DNA of 64,000 nucleotides from Pseudomonadota bacterium (lineage in GTDB: Bacteria; Myxococcota_A; UBA796; UBA9615), in the NCBI GenBank assembly GCA_024229515.1, contig JAAESI010000275.1, positions 131,181 to 195,180 on the forward strand. The letters are read 5' to 3'. A program made the translations under genes and the position numbers. Shown here one piece after another: positions 37,246-49,309 of this stretch; within the stretch, counting starts at the first letter, position 1; each line of letters begins with the position of its first letter. The notes beneath the pieces were generated by a model, which was not told the origin of the DNA, did not search any database, and saw nothing but the letters and a program-made list of their open reading frames with translations.

Positions 37246-38135
37246 CGCCCTACGCCGTCCGCCGCGCCTTCAAGGGCATCGTCGAGCATCGCTTCCTCGC
37301 CGTGGCGACGATCGGCACCGTCGCCACCGTGCTCATCCTCGGCGGCGCGTTCCTGCTGGTCATCACCAACCTCTCGGGCCTGCTCGACCGCTGGGGCCAG
37401 GACGTGCAGGTCAGCTGCTACCTCCGCGAGGACGTCGGCGACGAGGCGCTGTTCGCCATCAAGGCGGAGATCGAGGCCATGCCGGAGGTCATCTCCGTCC
37501 GGTACGTCAGCCAGGACGAGGCGCTGGAGCGGTTCGGTGAAGCAGTCGACGGCATGGACCGCATCCTCGCCGACCTGGACAGCAACCCCCTCCCCGCCAG
37601 CCTGGAGGTCCGCCTCCGCCCCGAGCTCCAGCAGCCCGCCCGGGTCGCCGACGTCGCCTCGCGGCTGTCACGCCCCGAGTTCGAGGACATGGACTGGAGT
37701 CAGGAGTGGGTGGAGCGGTTCCACACCTTCTTGGGGCTGCTGCGGCTGAGCGCGCTGGTGCTCGGAACGCTGCTCCTGGCGGCGGCGATGTTCCTCGTCA
37801 ACACGACGATCCGCCTCGCGATCCACTCGCGCCGCGACGAGCTCGAGATCATCCAGCTCGTCGGCGGCACCCGGTGGTTCGCGCGGACCCCGTTCGTGGT
37901 CGAGGGGATGGCCCTGGGGGGACTCGGAGCGCTGGTCGCCCTCGCCGTTCTTCCCCTCCTCTACAAGTACGCGTTCGTGCAACTGCAAGCGTCCCTGGGG
38001 ATGCTCCTGAGCATGGGCACCGTCGAGTTCCTGCCGGTTCCCACGCTGCTGGGCTTGTTCGTCGCGGGGCTCGCCGTCGGCTTCGTCGGCGCCTTCACGT
38101 CCGTCATCCGCTCCAACGTCGGGACCGTGTCGTGA
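37242..38135 (+). CDS. ftsX: cell-division permease FtsX
   Basis: GTG overlaps ftsE stop (GTGA); 4 TM with large periplasmic loop, typical FtsX topology. Confidence 0.85.
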   Translation: MTPYAVRRAFKGIVEHRFLAVATIGTVATVLILGGAFLLVITNLSGLLDRWGQDVQVSCYLREDVGDEALFAIKAEIEAMPEVISVRYVSQDEALERFGEAVDGMDRILADLDSNPLPASLEVRLRPELQQPARVADVASRLSRPEFEDMDWSQEWVERFHTFLGLLRLSALVLGTLLLAAAMFLVNTTIRLAIHSRRDELEIIQLVGGTRWFARTPFVVEGMALGGLGALVALAVLPLLYKYAFVQLQASLGMLLSMGTVEFLPVPTLLGLFVAGLAVGFVGAFTSVIRSNVGTVS

Positions 38136-39169
38136 ACCGCGCCGTGGCCGTCGTGCTGCTGCTGCTGGCGGTGCCGGCGGGAGCGCAGACCCGCCAGGAT
38201 CGGTTGGACGCGCTGGACCGGCTCGAGGTCGAGCTGTTGCGCATCGACGAAGAGCTGCGGGCGGCGTCGATCCGCCTCCGCGAGCAGGATGGGCGCCTCC
38301 GCGAGCTGGAGGCCGACCTGGCGGAGGCCGAGGAGCGGCTGGAAGAGCGACGCGGACGGCTTGAGCTGCGGCTGCGGGCGATGTACCGCATGCGGCACCG
38401 GGGCTTCCTCCCCCTGCTGTTCGCGGCCGACAGCCCCCATGAGCTGCTTCGATCGGCCCGGTACCTGTGGTGGATCGTGCGCGCGGACCAAAGCGCGATC
38501 GACGACTGGCGGGCCCAGGAGGAGGCGGTTGACCAGCTGCGCGCGAGCGTGGAGGCGGAGCGGGAGTCGCTGCTGCAATGGGCGGGCGAGCAGAGCCTCC
38601 GGCGTGAGCAGGCGCTGGCGGAGCGGGGCGAGCACGAGGCGTCGGTGGGCCGCGTGCGCAGCTCGACCGACCGGCGGCGGATGAAGACCGTCATCGTGCC
38701 CGACGGCAACCCGAGCCCCACCGTCGACGTCTCCATCGACCTGCGCGGAGAAGAGCCGCCGCCCGAGTTGGCCTCCGAGGTCGTCGCCCCCCAGACGACG
38801 TTCGAGCGGAGCAAGGGCATGCTCCCCCTGCCCGCCGTCGGCACCCTCGAGCGGGCCTCCCGCGGCGTCGACATCGCCGTCATCGAGGGCAGCTCGATCC
38901 GCGCGGTCCACGGCGGCACGGTCTTCAAGGTCGTCGACATCGAGGGGTTCGGCCGCGTCTGCATCCTCGACCACGGCGACGGCTGGCACACGGTCTACGG
39001 CCTCGCGGAGGGCTTCGACGTGCGCTCGGGCGAGCACGTGGCGGGCGGCGACGTCATAGGACGGGCGGGCGCCAACGGCCTGCACTTCGAGGTCCGGCAG
39101 GGCCGCGACGCCGCCGATCCGTTCGAATGGCTCGCCATCCCCCCCGGAGTGAGGGTACGAGGGCGCTGA
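38132..39169 (+). CDS. envC: murein hydrolase activator EnvC-like (coiled-coil + LytM/M23 domain)
   Basis: GTG overlaps ftsX stop; signal peptide; long coiled coil; C-terminal M23 fold (HGDGWHTVYG...GLHFE). Confidence 0.8.
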   Translation: MNRAVAVVLLLLAVPAGAQTRQDRLDALDRLEVELLRIDEELRAASIRLREQDGRLRELEADLAEAEERLEERRGRLELRLRAMYRMRHRGFLPLLFAADSPHELLRSARYLWWIVRADQSAIDDWRAQEEAVDQLRASVEAERESLLQWAGEQSLRREQALAERGEHEASVGRVRSSTDRRRMKTVIVPDGNPSPTVDVSIDLRGEEPPPELASEVVAPQTTFERSKGMLPLPAVGTLERASRGVDIAVIEGSSIRAVHGGTVFKVVDIEGFGRVCILDHGDGWHTVYGLAEGFDVRSGEHVAGGDVIGRAGANGLHFEVRQGRDAADPFEWLAIPPGVRVRGR

Positions 39170-39909
39170 TGCTTTCGGTCGTCCTGCCCGCGCACAACGA
39201 AGCCGACAACCTCGCACCCATGCTGCGCGACGGGTTCGCGGCGCTGGATCCGTTGGCCGATCCCCTCGAGTTCGTCATCGTCGACGACGGCAGCACCGAC
39301 CGCACGTGGGCGGTGCTGGAGCAGTTGGCGCAGAGTGACGCCCGCGTGCGCCCCGTGCGTCACGAGCGGAACCGCGGCTACGGCGCTGCGTTGGCGACCG
39401 GCCTCGCCGCGGCCCGCCACGACCTCGTGCTGCTGTGCGACGCCGACCGGCAGTTCGACCTCGCCGACGCCCCCGCGATGCTGGAAGCGGCAGAGGACAG
39501 CGACGTGGTGGCGGGCTACCGCGCGCCCCGACGCGACCCCGGAGGCCGTCGGTTCATCGGCCAGACGTGGTCCCGCCTCGTCGGTGGCCTGTACGGCCTC
39601 GGCGTCCGGGACGTGAACTGCGCGCTCAAGCTGTTCCACCGTCGGGCCCTGGAGTCGGTGGAGATCCGCAGCCGCGGAGCCCTCGTCAGCGCCGAGATCC
39701 TCGCGCAGGTGCGCGGCGCCGGGCACCGCATCGCCGAAGTCCCCGTCCGCCACTACCCCCGCACCGCCGGGGCTCAGTCGGGCGCGCGGGCGGACGTCGT
39801 GCTCAAGGCGCTCCTGGAGCTGGTGCAGAACCACCGCCGGCTGCGTGCATGCGCGCGACCTCCACGGGGAACAGGATCGCGTAGCCGTCAGTCTTCGCCG
39901 CTTCGATGA
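39169..39909 (+). CDS. family-2 glycosyltransferase (dolichol/polyprenol-phosphate hexosyltransferase-like)
   Basis: ATG overlaps envC stop (TGATG); MLSVVLPAHNEADN, VIVDDGSTD, DAD motifs; 3' end overlaps convergent gene by 107 nt. Confidence 0.8.
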   Translation: MLSVVLPAHNEADNLAPMLRDGFAALDPLADPLEFVIVDDGSTDRTWAVLEQLAQSDARVRPVRHERNRGYGAALATGLAAARHDLVLLCDADRQFDLADAPAMLEAAEDSDVVAGYRAPRRDPGGRRFIGQTWSRLVGGLYGLGVRDVNCALKLFHRRALESVEIRSRGALVSAEILAQVRGAGHRIAEVPVRHYPRTAGAQSGARADVVLKALLELVQNHRRLRACARPPRGTGSRSRQSSPLR

Positions 39910-40849
39910 AGGTCTCGGCGGTGGCCGCGCCGTCGGCGGTCACGTCCACCGTGACGATTCCGTAGCCCCGACGGACCGCGAGGTTCCGCGTCAGCACCTC
40001 GCCCTCTTCCGTGCCGAGGTGTCCGGCGCGTCGCAGGTAGCGCACCCCCGCGGCCGCGGCGGCGGCTCGCAACACGGTGGGGTCGGCCGTTCGTCCGTCC
40101 ACGAGGGCGACGTCGCGAGCGGCGAAGGGAGCCAGCCAGGCCGCCGCATCGACGGACTCCGGGAGCCCGTGGGCCAACAGGGCGACCTGAGCGTCGGGGG
40201 CCGCAGCCAACTGCTCGGCCACGTCCTCGCCCTCGGTGAGCAGCAGGACGACCTCCTTGCTGTCCCACGCCGCCTGGCGCGAGGACGCCACCGCGTGCGA
40301 CGCGTACGGGCGGATCCCGACCGCCAGGGGCGACTTCCACCGCCCCAGGCTGCGGAGGCGGGAGTCATCGCGCTCCTCCAGCAGGAACACGAAGCCGAGC
40401 TCGGGGGGGTCGGAGCCGCTGACGACGGGACGCTCGGGGAGCCAGGGACGCACCTCGCGGGTCAGCAGCAGATCCTGGGCGCCGATCACGCGCAGGCGCC
40501 AGATCAGGTCGTCCACCTTGGTGACGTAGACCTCGCAGTCGCGCAGCCCCTCGTGGGCCCGCAGTGCTTCCTGCAGCGACCGGGCCGACGCTCCCCGAGG
40601 CAGCTCCAGCAGGTCGTCCCCGCCGTCTCCGGGGGCGCCTAGCGTCACCAGGGTGCGGTGCACGATCTCCGCCGCCATCTCCGGGCTGGGCAGGTCCAAC
40701 GCGGGTGCGGGCGTGGAGGCGGACGCCTCGGTGGTGCCGGGCACGGGAAAGAGGTGCTGCCAGGCCCACGGAGCCACGCGCACCACCGCCAGGGTCAGGG
40801 CCACGGCCCCGAGGATCCAGAGGATTGCTGTGGTGCGACCGCCGCTCAC
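39803..40849 (-). CDS. membrane-anchored hypothetical protein, possibly divergent polysaccharide deacetylase (YibQ-like)
   Basis: N-terminal TM ILWILGAVALTLAVV; position between envC and ctpA as yibQ in other proteobacteria; weak sequence support. Confidence 0.4.
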   Translation of the reverse strand: MSGGRTTAILWILGAVALTLAVVRVAPWAWQHLFPVPGTTEASASTPAPALDLPSPEMAAEIVHRTLVTLGAPGDGGDDLLELPRGASARSLQEALRAHEGLRDCEVYVTKVDDLIWRLRVIGAQDLLLTREVRPWLPERPVVSGSDPPELGFVFLLEERDDSRLRSLGRWKSPLAVGIRPYASHAVASSRQAAWDSKEVVLLLTEGEDVAEQLAAAPDAQVALLAHGLPESVDAAAWLAPFAARDVALVDGRTADPTVLRAAAAAAGVRYLRRAGHLGTEEGEVLTRNLAVRRGYGIVTVDVTADGAATAETFIEAAKTDGYAILFPVEVARMHAAGGGSAPAPGAP

Positions 40850-40858
40850 GCGGCGACT

Positions 40859-42136
40859 CTACTCGGCCGAGGGCTCTTCGGCTTCGGCCGGGAGGGCGGC
40901 GGTGGGCTCACCGAAGAAGGCCTCCGTGCGGACCGGATCGGCCAGCCATGCGACGGCGACGTGCATCTCCGGATCGGAGGAGACGGCCTCATCGACCACG
41001 ACCTCGTCCAGGAGGGCGGCGAGGTCCCCCTCGGGATCCTCGGCGCCGCGCTCGCCCAGGGCGATGTCCGGCGAGATGCCGGTGCCGTGGATGTGGTGGC
41101 CGGCGGGGGTGTAGTAGCGCGCCGTCGTCAGCTTCAGCGCGCTGCCGTCCGACAGGTCGAAGAACATCTGCACCGAGCCTTTGCCGTAGGTCTGGTAGCC
41201 GATGAGCTTGCCCCGGTCGTGATCCTTGAGGGCCCCCGCGACGATCTCTGCCGCCGAAGCCGATCCGGAGTCCACCAGCACCGCGATCGGCGTGACGGTG
41301 TCGGTTCCCGCGGGGTGGGCTTCGTCGCGCTGACGCAGGGTCCGCCGGTCGATGGTCGAGACGATGGTGCCCTGGTCGATCCACAGATCCGCGATGGCGA
41401 CCGCCTGGCTCAGGTAGCCGCCGGGGTTGCCCCGCATGTCGAGCACGATGCCGTCGAGGGAGTTGCCGTTGGCTTCCTCGAGCTCGGTCAGCGCCCGTCG
41501 AACTTCGTCGAAGGTGCGGCGCTGGAACCGCTCGACCTTGACCAGGCCGATGCCGCCGTCGATCAACGCCGAGTCGACCGAGCGGGTGCGCACGCGATCG
41601 CGCCGCACGGAGATGTCGAGGGGGACCTCGGTGCCGTCCCGCAGCACGGACAGGACCACGACGGTGCCGCGGTCGCCCCGGATGCGGGCCAACGCGCCTT
41701 CGGTGCCGATCTCGGTGACGGACGCGTCGTCGACGGCCACGATCTCGTCGCCGGCGAGGATTCCGGCTTCCGCGGCCGGTGAGCCTTCCAGCGGCACGAC
41801 CACGAACACCTGCTCCCCGCGGGTCTCGACCTCGATCCCAACGCCGAAGTACTCGCCCGAGGTCTGCTCTCGCATCTGCGCGTAGCGGTCGGGATCCAAG
41901 AAGACGGAGTGGTCGTCCAGGCCCTGCGTGAGCCCGCCGATGGCGTCGTACAGCAGGGTGTCGGGGTCCCGCTCGTCGACGTAGTGGGCGTCGATCTTCG
42001 AGAGCGCCTCAGCAAAGACGTGCAGCTTTTCGAAGGGGTACGCGCCCGCTGCGGCGGTCAGGGCCGCACCGGTGAGAATCCCGGCGGCGAAGGCGGCGAA
42101 CACAGACGACGAACGAAACCGCATCTCACGAAGCAT
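40859..42136 (-). CDS. ctpA: carboxyl-terminal processing protease (S41) with PDZ domain
   Basis: FGVGIE, PDZ (GSPAAEAGILAGDEIVAVD), S41 core DMRGNPGG, SASAAEIVAGAL, catalytic Lys region. Confidence 0.9.
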   Translation of the reverse strand: MLREMRFRSSSVFAAFAAGILTGAALTAAAGAYPFEKLHVFAEALSKIDAHYVDERDPDTLLYDAIGGLTQGLDDHSVFLDPDRYAQMREQTSGEYFGVGIEVETRGEQVFVVVPLEGSPAAEAGILAGDEIVAVDDASVTEIGTEGALARIRGDRGTVVVLSVLRDGTEVPLDISVRRDRVRTRSVDSALIDGGIGLVKVERFQRRTFDEVRRALTELEEANGNSLDGIVLDMRGNPGGYLSQAVAIADLWIDQGTIVSTIDRRTLRQRDEAHPAGTDTVTPIAVLVDSGSASAAEIVAGALKDHDRGKLIGYQTYGKGSVQMFFDLSDGSALKLTTARYYTPAGHHIHGTGISPDIALGERGAEDPEGDLAALLDEVVVDEAVSSDPEMHVAVAWLADPVRTEAFFGEPTAALPAEAEEPSAE

Positions 42137-42138
42137 AG

Positions 42139-42230
42139 GTCACCGGCCGACGTCGCGCATGGGCACTTCAGTGACCACCCGCCCACGCGGGTGCGGGTTG
42201 ACACCCCTCCCGCCAGCCTGCTGAAGTGCC
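42139..42230 (+). promoter_or_regulatory. nested dyad symmetry flanking a TTGACA box upstream of PilZ gene
   Basis: GGTCAC(42139)..GTGACC(42171); GGCACTTCAG(42162-42171)..CTGAAGTGCC(42221-42230); TTGACA 42198-42203. Confidence 0.35.
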
Positions 42231-42252
42231 ATCCAGAGGACGGGTCCACCCC

Positions 42253-42606
42253 ATGAGTGCCGAAAGTCGCGAACACAACCGCCGCCCCCTGCGGCTCCAG
42301 CTCAACTACCGCGACGCCACTGGCGGGAACTTCCTGTACCAGTACAGTCAGAACATCAGCAAAGGCGGGATCTTCATCGAGACCGACACGCCGATGCCGT
42401 CCGGCGCCAGCCTCGTGGTCCGCTTCGCGGTCCCCGACAGCGACGACTCGATCGAAGTCGAAGGCACGGTCGTCTGGGTGAACGAGTTCAAGGAGGGCGG
42501 GGACAACCCGAACCCCGGCATGGGCATCCAGTGGACGAACCTGGACGACGAAGCCCGCGGCACCATCGCGGCCGTGGTCAAGGCGATCGCGATCCTCCCC
42601 GACTGA
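42253..42606 (+). CDS. PilZ-domain protein (c-di-GMP receptor-like)
   Basis: RRPLRLQL (RxxxR) and D.S.GG-type NISKGGIFI motifs; 117 aa. Confidence 0.7.
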   Translation: MSAESREHNRRPLRLQLNYRDATGGNFLYQYSQNISKGGIFIETDTPMPSGASLVVRFAVPDSDDSIEVEGTVVWVNEFKEGGDNPNPGMGIQWTNLDDEARGTIAAVVKAIAILPD

Positions 42607-42615
42607 GCTGAGTCC

Positions 42616-44010
42616 CTAGACGGCCTCGCACACGAGGTCGTACCCCGCAGCCTGCACGACCTCCATCGGCACGATGTCGCCGAACTTCGCGCCCTTGGCC
42701 TCGGTCACGATCACGCAGCCGTCGATCTCGGGCGCCTGGGTCGCGGCGCGCCCCTTCCACAGCAGCTCGGGCTGCTCGGGGTGCGTGCCTTCGATGAGCA
42801 CGTCGATGACGTCGCCGACGCGCTGCTCGCTCTTGGCGGCGTGGATGCCCTGCTGCAGGGTCATCAACGCGTCGCGCCGCTCCTGCTTGATCGCCTCGTC
42901 CAGCTGATCGGGCAGATGCGCGGCGGGCGTCTCGTCCTGGGGGCTGAACGTGAACACCCCGACGTTGTCGAAGCGCTGCGCCTCCACGAAGTCGTACAGC
43001 TCCTGGAACTGAGCGTCGGTCTCGCCGGGGAAACCGACGATGAAGCCCGTGCGGATGGCGACCCCGTCGATGCGGCTCCGCAGCTTCTCCAGCAGCCGCT
43101 CCGTGCGGTCCTTGCTCACCCCCCGACGCATCGCCTTAAGGATGGGGTTGGAGATGTGCTGCAGCGGCATATCGAGGTAGGGCACGATGCTGTGGAGCTC
43201 GGCGATGGTGTCGATGAGGGCGTCGTTGAACTTCGCCGGGTAGCTGTACATCAGCCGCACCCAGTCGATGCCGTCGATGCCGTCGAAGGCGTGGAGCAGG
43301 TCGGGGAGCCGGTCCGAGCCGATGTCGCGGCCCCAGGAGTTGCTGTCCTGGCCGACGAGGTTGATCTCCTTGATCCCGGCCCCCGCGAGGGCGCGGACCT
43401 CATCCACGAGCACGGGCAGAGGGCGGCTCATGAGGTCGCCGCGGAGCTTGGGGATGATGCAGAAGGTGCAGCGCTGCGGGCAGCCTTCGAGGATCTTCAC
43501 GTAGGCCGACCACGCCGTCAGCGTGTTCACCCGCGCTTCGCCGCCCTGCACGTAGACGGGATCGCCGACGAGATCCGCGATCTGCGAGCCGGGGGCGACC
43601 ACGTCCAGGATGCGGTGGTAGTCGCCGGTGCCGACGAACGCGTCGACCTCCGGCAGTTCGGTCCGGAGCGCGTCGTGGTGGCGCTGGGCCATGCAGCCGG
43701 TGACGACGAGGCGCTCGGCCTTGCCCGACGTCTTGTACTCCGCCATCTCCAGCACCGTGTCGATCGACTCCTTGGTGGCGTCGTCGATGAACGTGCAGCT
43801 GTTGACGACGATGACGTCGGCGTCCCCGGGGTCGTCGCTCAGCTCCCAGCCGGCCTGGCCCATGCGGGCGAGCATGGCCTCACTGTCGGTGCGGTTCTTG
43901 GGGCAGCCGAGGCTGACGAAGTGGACCTTGCGGCCGTCCCCTTGCAGCTCCGACGGGATCGACGGAACGGCGGCGGAAGTGGGCTGAATGACGGGAAGAC
44001 GGCCGGGCAC
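42616..44010 (-). CDS. rimO: ribosomal protein S12 methylthiotransferase (radical SAM, MiaB family)
   Basis: N-terminal MTTase Cys triad region, radical SAM CPQRCTFCIIP, TRAM C-terminus. Confidence 0.9.
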   Translation of the reverse strand: MPGRLPVIQPTSAAVPSIPSELQGDGRKVHFVSLGCPKNRTDSEAMLARMGQAGWELSDDPGDADVIVVNSCTFIDDATKESIDTVLEMAEYKTSGKAERLVVTGCMAQRHHDALRTELPEVDAFVGTGDYHRILDVVAPGSQIADLVGDPVYVQGGEARVNTLTAWSAYVKILEGCPQRCTFCIIPKLRGDLMSRPLPVLVDEVRALAGAGIKEINLVGQDSNSWGRDIGSDRLPDLLHAFDGIDGIDWVRLMYSYPAKFNDALIDTIAELHSIVPYLDMPLQHISNPILKAMRRGVSKDRTERLLEKLRSRIDGVAIRTGFIVGFPGETDAQFQELYDFVEAQRFDNVGVFTFSPQDETPAAHLPDQLDEAIKQERRDALMTLQQGIHAAKSEQRVGDVIDVLIEGTHPEQPELLWKGRAATQAPEIDGCVIVTEAKGAKFGDIVPMEVVQAAGYDLVCEAV

Positions 44011-44042
44011 GGAGCGTCAACTACGTGGGCATCCCAGCGGCG

Positions 44043-44658
44043 TCAACCACCTTCGATGGTGCGGTAGCCCGGAAGCTCGGCGTAGACGAAGGTCTCGAGG
44101 GCGAGCTCAGCGCCGGTGCGAACGTTGGACAGGACGACCTCGGTCTGGTCGCCGAACGGGGTCGTCACGGTCAGACCGGCGACGAGCCCGGTCTTGGCAT
44201 CGAAGCGCACGGCGATCGTCCCCAGGGTGTCGTTGGGGTCCTTGGGAGCGAGGTTCAGGCCTCCGCCCTCGGTGGCGGCGACGGTGTAGTGCGTCTCCAC
44301 GTCCTGCAGCCCGGTGAGGAACCCGAAGTACCGGGCCAGGGCCCCGGTCATGCCCCGGTAGACCGTGCAGGTCTTCTCCCGGCTGTCGACGATCCAGAGC
44401 GTGTCGCCATCGCTGAGGTAGTCCTGCCCGCCGGTGAACTTCCAGGCGAGCTTGCCGGGCTTGGCCAGCGCGATGGTCCCCTTCTGGACCAGGGGCTCCA
44501 TGTAGGACATCCCGGTGGAGGTCTGGACGAAGTCCCCCTGCAGCGTGGTCACGTCCTTGTAGGCGGCGGCGACGGCGGCGAGGCGCTCCTGCACCGGATC
44601 GGCGGGCTCGCCCGCGGACGCGACCGCCGGCAGCAGAAGAGCCGCCAGCAGCAGGGAT

Positions 44659-44669
<11 letters not shown>
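44043..44669 (-). CDS. lolA: outer-membrane lipoprotein carrier protein LolA-like
   Basis: Signal peptide MTIRSLLLAALLLPAVASA, 208 aa, FVQ / LWIVD pattern; start overlaps ftsK stop, as ftsK-lolA in many proteobacteria. Confidence 0.7.
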
Positions 44670-47622
<2,953 letters not shown>

Positions 47623-47623
47623 G

Positions 47624-49309
47624 TCAAACCTCGACGTTTTCTACCATACGCCAGATCCGCACCCGGCATTCGACCTTCGTCCCCGTGCGTCGCTTGAGCA
47701 CCTGGCGCAGCGCGATGCGGCCTTCTTCGACGATCTCGGCCTCCGACGCGGTGGTCAGCCGGCCACTCAGAGCGGCCTGCAGAGCGACCCCGACTTCTCG
47801 CTCCATCGCCGCCTGCTCGGCCGCCACGAACACCCCCTGGGTGACGACGTGGGGCGTCCCCGCGAGCCCTGCGGACCACGGGAGGATGGCGGTAGCGCCG
47901 CCCGTACGGGCGAGCTTGCGGCGCGCACGGAGGGAGACGTCGGACGCCTTCCAGCGCATCGGACCGGCGACGAACACCGCCTCGGGCTTGTGGATCGGAT
48001 CGACCACGTCGACCTCCCCTGACTCGGGCCGGAGGGTCAGGGTCTGCCCCGACTCGGCCTGCAGGACCTGGTCCGACGTCAACCCCGCGGTCTTCAGCAG
48101 ATCGCGGTGCCGCCACAGGTGCCACTGCTGGCCGTGGACGGGGAGCACGTAGCGAGGGCCCACCGTCTGCACCCACTGGGCGAGCTCGTCGCGCGCGCCA
48201 TGCCCCGAGGTGTGGAGCTTGGGACCGCCCCCCCACGGGGGCTGCACGTCGACGCCGAGCCGGATGAGTCTGTCGGCCACCAGACCGACGGCGCGTTCGT
48301 TGCCGGGGATCACCCGCGCGCTCCAGCCGACCCAGTCGCCGGGGCCGAGGGTCACGTTCGGGTCTTCGGAGCGGGCGATGCGGGCCAGCGGCGCGCGCCA
48401 CTCCCCCTGCGTGCCCGTGACGACCAACACTCCTTCGCTCCTCGGTCCCGCCATCACAACATCGACGTTGGTGACGTCCTCGTTCTTCAACGGCACGAGC
48501 CCGAGGTCGACCGCCTCCTTGAACGTGGACTGCATGCTGCGGCCGTAGATCCCGACCCGTCGGCCGACCTTCCTGGCCGCGTGCACGCACGCCACGATCC
48601 GCTCGACGTGGGAGCCAAAGCTGGTGATCACGGCGAGCCCCGAGACCCGCTCCAGGGCTTCGGCGAGGTTGTCGACGACGTCCCGCTCGGGGAGCGTGCG
48701 CCCCGGGCTCCCGGCCCCCGTCGAGTCCACCAGGGCGAGGTCGACGCCCCGCTCCCGGAGCGCGGCCAGTCCCGCCAGATCGGTGGGCTCCCCCATCAGG
48801 GGGTCGTCCTGGATGCGGAAGTCGCCCGAGTGCACCACCGTGCCGTGGGGGGACTCCACCGACACCGACGAGCAGCTGGGCAGCGAATGGGTCACGCGAT
48901 GCCAGATCAGCGTCGCCTCCCCGATGGGCACCGACTCTCCCTGAACCACGCCGCGCAGCATCGCCTGCGACAGCTGCCGCTCCCGAAGCTGGCGCCGCAG
49001 CAAGGCCAGGGTGAACGCGGTTCCGTAGACGGAGAGCTCGGGCAGCGCCTGCATGAGATCCGCTACGGATCCGATGTGGTCGAGGTGCCCGTGGGTGAGG
49101 ATCAAGGCGCGAAGGCGGCCCTCGTTCCAGCGTCGGGAGGCGGCGTCGAACGGCGGACAGATCCGGTCGATGCCGGGATCGTCGGGCCCGGGGAAGAGGG
49201 CCCCGCAGTCGAACAGGAAGGAGTCGGGGCCCAGGTCGAGGGCGAGGTGGTGATGGCCCATCTCGCCGACGCCCCCGATGGGCTCGACGATGATCGAGCG
49301 ATCACCCAT
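47624..49309 (-). CDS. rnj: ribonuclease J (metallo-beta-lactamase/beta-CASP)
   Basis: HGHLDHIG motif, beta-CASP region; upstream in-frame ATG at 49381 also possible. Confidence 0.85.
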   Translation of the reverse strand: MGDRSIIVEPIGGVGEMGHHHLALDLGPDSFLFDCGALFPGPDDPGIDRICPPFDAASRRWNEGRLRALILTHGHLDHIGSVADLMQALPELSVYGTAFTLALLRRQLRERQLSQAMLRGVVQGESVPIGEATLIWHRVTHSLPSCSSVSVESPHGTVVHSGDFRIQDDPLMGEPTDLAGLAALRERGVDLALVDSTGAGSPGRTLPERDVVDNLAEALERVSGLAVITSFGSHVERIVACVHAARKVGRRVGIYGRSMQSTFKEAVDLGLVPLKNEDVTNVDVVMAGPRSEGVLVVTGTQGEWRAPLARIARSEDPNVTLGPGDWVGWSARVIPGNERAVGLVADRLIRLGVDVQPPWGGGPKLHTSGHGARDELAQWVQTVGPRYVLPVHGQQWHLWRHRDLLKTAGLTSDQVLQAESGQTLTLRPESGEVDVVDPIHKPEAVFVAGPMRWKASDVSLRARRKLARTGGATAILPWSAGLAGTPHVVTQGVFVAAEQAAMEREVGVALQAALSGRLTTASEAEIVEEGRIALRQVLKRRTGTKVECRVRIWRMVENVEV

